Below, in pieces: positions 61,940 through 64,000 of a DNA stretch of 64,000 nt; within the stretch, counting starts at the first letter, position 1, and each line of letters begins with the position of its first letter. The notes beneath the pieces are model-generated. The model was not told the DNA's origin, did no database searches, and worked only from the letters and a program-made list of their open reading frames with translations. The stretch spans positions 72,662 to 136,661 of the forward strand of contig CAZNTG010000003.1 in NCBI GenBank assembly GCA_964575955.1. The letters run 5' to 3'. The stretch is from an uncultured Thermoproteaceae archaeon. Lineage in GTDB: Archaea > Thermoproteota > Thermoprotei > Thermoproteales > Thermocladiaceae. The translations under genes and the position numbers were made by a program.

Positions 61940-62143
61940 TTAAAATTCTATGATTGTCTTACCCTTACTCTTATATTCTTCAAGTATGCTGTTAGCCCAT
62001 TCAGGTGGTAGTTTAATTACGTATAGATACTTCTTTAATCTAGCCTTCAATTTCACATACTTATCATACCTCTTAACTCTAATCTCATCTGCCTGATCTG
62101 CATATCTCTTCCAGAGTTCTACCAAGAATATCTCCTTAGGCAT
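61940..62143 (-). CDS. rpl38e: 50S ribosomal protein eL38
   Basis: MPKEI..IRVKR..VKLKARLKKYLYVIK. Confidence 0.88.
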   Translation of the reverse strand: MPKEIFLVELWKRYADQADEIRVKRYDKYVKLKARLKKYLYVIKLPPEWANSILEEYKSKGKTIIEF

Positions 62144-62195
62144 CGTATGTTGAAGTTTCTAGGTATAAATAAGCTTTCTCTAAATGATAAAGATT

Positions 62196-62257
62196 GAGTA
62201 CGGCCGCAAGGCTACCTCACTCATTCAGGGGATTTCACACCCCTGTCGTGAGGTAGC
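62196..62257 (-). ncRNA. K-turn hairpin RNA with 3' tail antisense to 16S rRNA h27 (ACA-less H/ACA-like guide)
   Basis: GCUACCUCAC-GA-CAGGGG-loop-CCCCUG-AAU-GA-GUGAGGUAGC-CUUGCGGCCGUACUC; TTTAAATA 29 nt upstream. Confidence 0.85.
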
Positions 62258-62346
62258 TATATCCTCTACGTTTTCCAATATTTAAATTGTTTTTCCTAAA
62301 ATCGAACAACTTATTAATAGGTCTGATATTGGTCTTTGACCTGAGG

Positions 62347-63012
62347 ATGGCTAGAGGACCTAGATATAAGGTTAAGCATAGGAGAAGACGTGAAGGTAAG
62401 ACTAACTACTATAAGAGGAGAAAGATGATTAAAAGTGGTAAACCTAGACTTGTTGTTAGAAAGACAAATTATAGAATTATAGTGCAGGTAGTAACTGCAA
62501 CACCAATAGGAGATTTAACACACGTATGGGCTTCAAGTGATGAATTGAGAGCATTTGGATGGAAAGGAAGTTTAAAGAATACATCTGCAGCATACCTAAC
62601 AGGAATATTAGCAGGACTTAAAGCATGGATGAAAGGTTTTAGAGAAGCTATACTAGACATAGGTCTACACAGACCTGTTAAAGGTTGTAGAATATTTGCA
62701 ACACTTAAAGGTGTTGTAGATGTTGGTATAGAAGTTCCTCATAGTGAAGAGATATTTCCAGACGAATCTAGAATTAAGGGTGAACATATCGCAAACTATG
62801 CAAAGATGTTGAAATCAACAAATGAGGAATTGTATAAGACAAGATTCTCAATATATTTGAAAAATGGTCTAGAACCAGAGAAGCTACCTGAACATTTTGA
62901 AGAAGTTAAAGAGAGAATATTAAGAAGATTTGAAGGTATGTTTAAGAAGATGGGTATAGAACTTCCACCAATACTTAAAGAAGAGGAGAAAGCTATTGCA
63001 GAAGCTGAGTAA
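62347..63012 (+). CDS. rpl18: 50S ribosomal protein uL18
   Basis: [38 protein letters not shown]. Confidence 0.96.
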   Translation: MARGPRYKVKHRRRREGKTNYYKRRKMIKSGKPRLVVRKTNYRIIVQVVTATPIGDLTHVWASSDELRAFGWKGSLKNTSAAYLTGILAGLKAWMKGFREAILDIGLHRPVKGCRIFATLKGVVDVGIEVPHSEEIFPDESRIKGEHIANYAKMLKSTNEELYKTRFSIYLKNGLEPEKLPEHFEEVKERILRRFEGMFKKMGIELPPILKEEEKAIAEAE

Positions 63013-63014
63013 TT

Positions 63015-63470
63015 TTATCTAATCTTTTCAGGTGGTACAATCTTATTAGTTATCAAGTACTGCTTTAAGTGACTTAGATCTCTGAAATATCCACCCTTAG
63101 CCATCCTATACAACTTTCTCCAAGTTTTTGTATCTATAATACCATTATCTTTGAGATATTTTAGATATCTTCTCAACGTTCTAATTCTATTAATCCAAGC
63201 TCTCTTTGGATCTTGTCTTGCAGTTTTTGGACCCTTTCTACTTCCATATCCTCTTCTCCTACCTTTCTTCTTCTTTTCATGTCTAATTCTCCATCTACCT
63301 CTACTATTTCCTTTCTTAGGTTCAACAACAATCAATCCCTCCTTTATTAATCTTCTAACATCTGCTCTAGTTGATACTTCTTCTAACCTTTCCTGTGCTT
63401 CAGGTAGTATTTTAACTCTAGATTCTCCAACACCAAGAATTTCAGCTGCTAATCTCTTTACATCTACCAT
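63015..63470 (-). CDS. rpl19e: 50S ribosomal protein eL19
   Basis: KRLAAEILGVGESRV, GRRRGYGSRKG, LYRMAKGG. Confidence 0.97.
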   Translation of the reverse strand: MVDVKRLAAEILGVGESRVKILPEAQERLEEVSTRADVRRLIKEGLIVVEPKKGNSRGRWRIRHEKKKKGRRRGYGSRKGPKTARQDPKRAWINRIRTLRRYLKYLKDNGIIDTKTWRKLYRMAKGGYFRDLSHLKQYLITNKIVPPEKIR

Positions 63471-63472
63471 CT

Positions 63473-64000
63473 CTACTCACCTCTAGCTTCCTGTATAAGT
63501 TTTTTAACTTCCTCTATATTTGATGCATTCAAAATTTCCATCATATCTCTATATGTTAGATTTATAACCTTGATATTCCTCTCCATAGCCTTCTTAATTA
63601 TCTCTATTCTCTTCCTCTTACTCACTGTAGATGCTATAACTACTGCCTGTCTAGAAGGATCTATCTTATCTAGATCTTCAGGTCTGAAGACTCTAACTAC
63701 TTCAAAACCTGATGGATGTAGACCTCTAACAGCCTTTGGCTGTCTATACCCAACTTTAACCATTGGTGGATAACCCTTCCTCTGATGTCTAATCTTGTTA
63801 TCTAGACCTTTAGGTCTTCTCCATCTCTCCTGTCTCTCAATTCTCCAAAATCTCCACTCATCCATCCTCATCCATCTAGGCTCTCTTCTCTCCATCAACA
63901 TCCTAAGCTTCAACAATCTTCTCTGCTCACTAGGTAACTCACGCTTCAACTTTAACAACAGTCTAAGCTTACTAGCAATTTGCTTAACATCAACACTAGA
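63473..64000 (-). CDS. rpl32e: 50S ribosomal protein eL32 (5' partial)
   Basis: WRRPKGLDNK, GYR.PKAVRGLHPSG; frame is open to the window end. Confidence 0.95.
   Translation of the reverse strand, partial: SSVDVKQIASKLRLLLKLKRELPSEQRRLLKLRMLMERREPRWMRMDEWRFWRIERQERWRRPKGLDNKIRHQRKGYPPMVKVGYRQPKAVRGLHPSGFEVVRVFRPEDLDKIDPSRQAVVIASTVSKRKRIEIIKKAMERNIKVINLTYRDMMEILNASNIEEVKKLIQEARGE

Noticed and set aside
62196-62257. 16S rRNA fragment or 5S rRNA gene
   Set aside because: Only 18 nt match 16S; the structure and promoter fit a minus-strand guide RNA, and there is no 5S fold.
1-64000. CRISPR array, transposase, or Sec/Pyl readthrough
   Set aside because: No regularly spaced repeats, no IS ORF and no interrupted conserved gene were seen.

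Overview
An AT-rich, gene-dense archaeal chromosome segment. It is most likely Thermoproteota and plausibly Thermoproteales-like; this is inferred from eL38, GatE, Nop5, a BHB tRNA intron, leaderless promoters, a broken spc operon and an ACA-less guide RNA. Core genes: class III RNR (NrdD, two inteins), DNA ligase, nop5, gatE, argF, a mevalonate cluster, hemC/cbiC/cbiH/cobN, a Mer-like reductase, MoxR+VWA, Clp1, hypD, AOR and ribosomal proteins. RNA genes: tRNA-Ser(CGA), intron-containing tRNA-Lys(CTT), six C/D box guide sRNAs (two fused in tandem, one over the 5' end of riboflavin kinase) and a K-turn hairpin RNA with a 17-18 nt tail antisense to 16S helix 27. A low-GC accessory block (53.1-59.9 kb) carries an XRE-cupin fusion with operators, AzlCD, ABC and MFS transporters. 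Best leads: the ACA-less guide RNA, a paralogous CdvA-like coiled-coil pair, a thiolase lacking its catalytic residues, an ATA/ATT start codon, an inverted uL18 gene, an oscillating GT/AC skew and CTAG enrichment. No CRISPR array, rRNA gene or transposase was seen. All protein calls come from motif recognition, not database searches.
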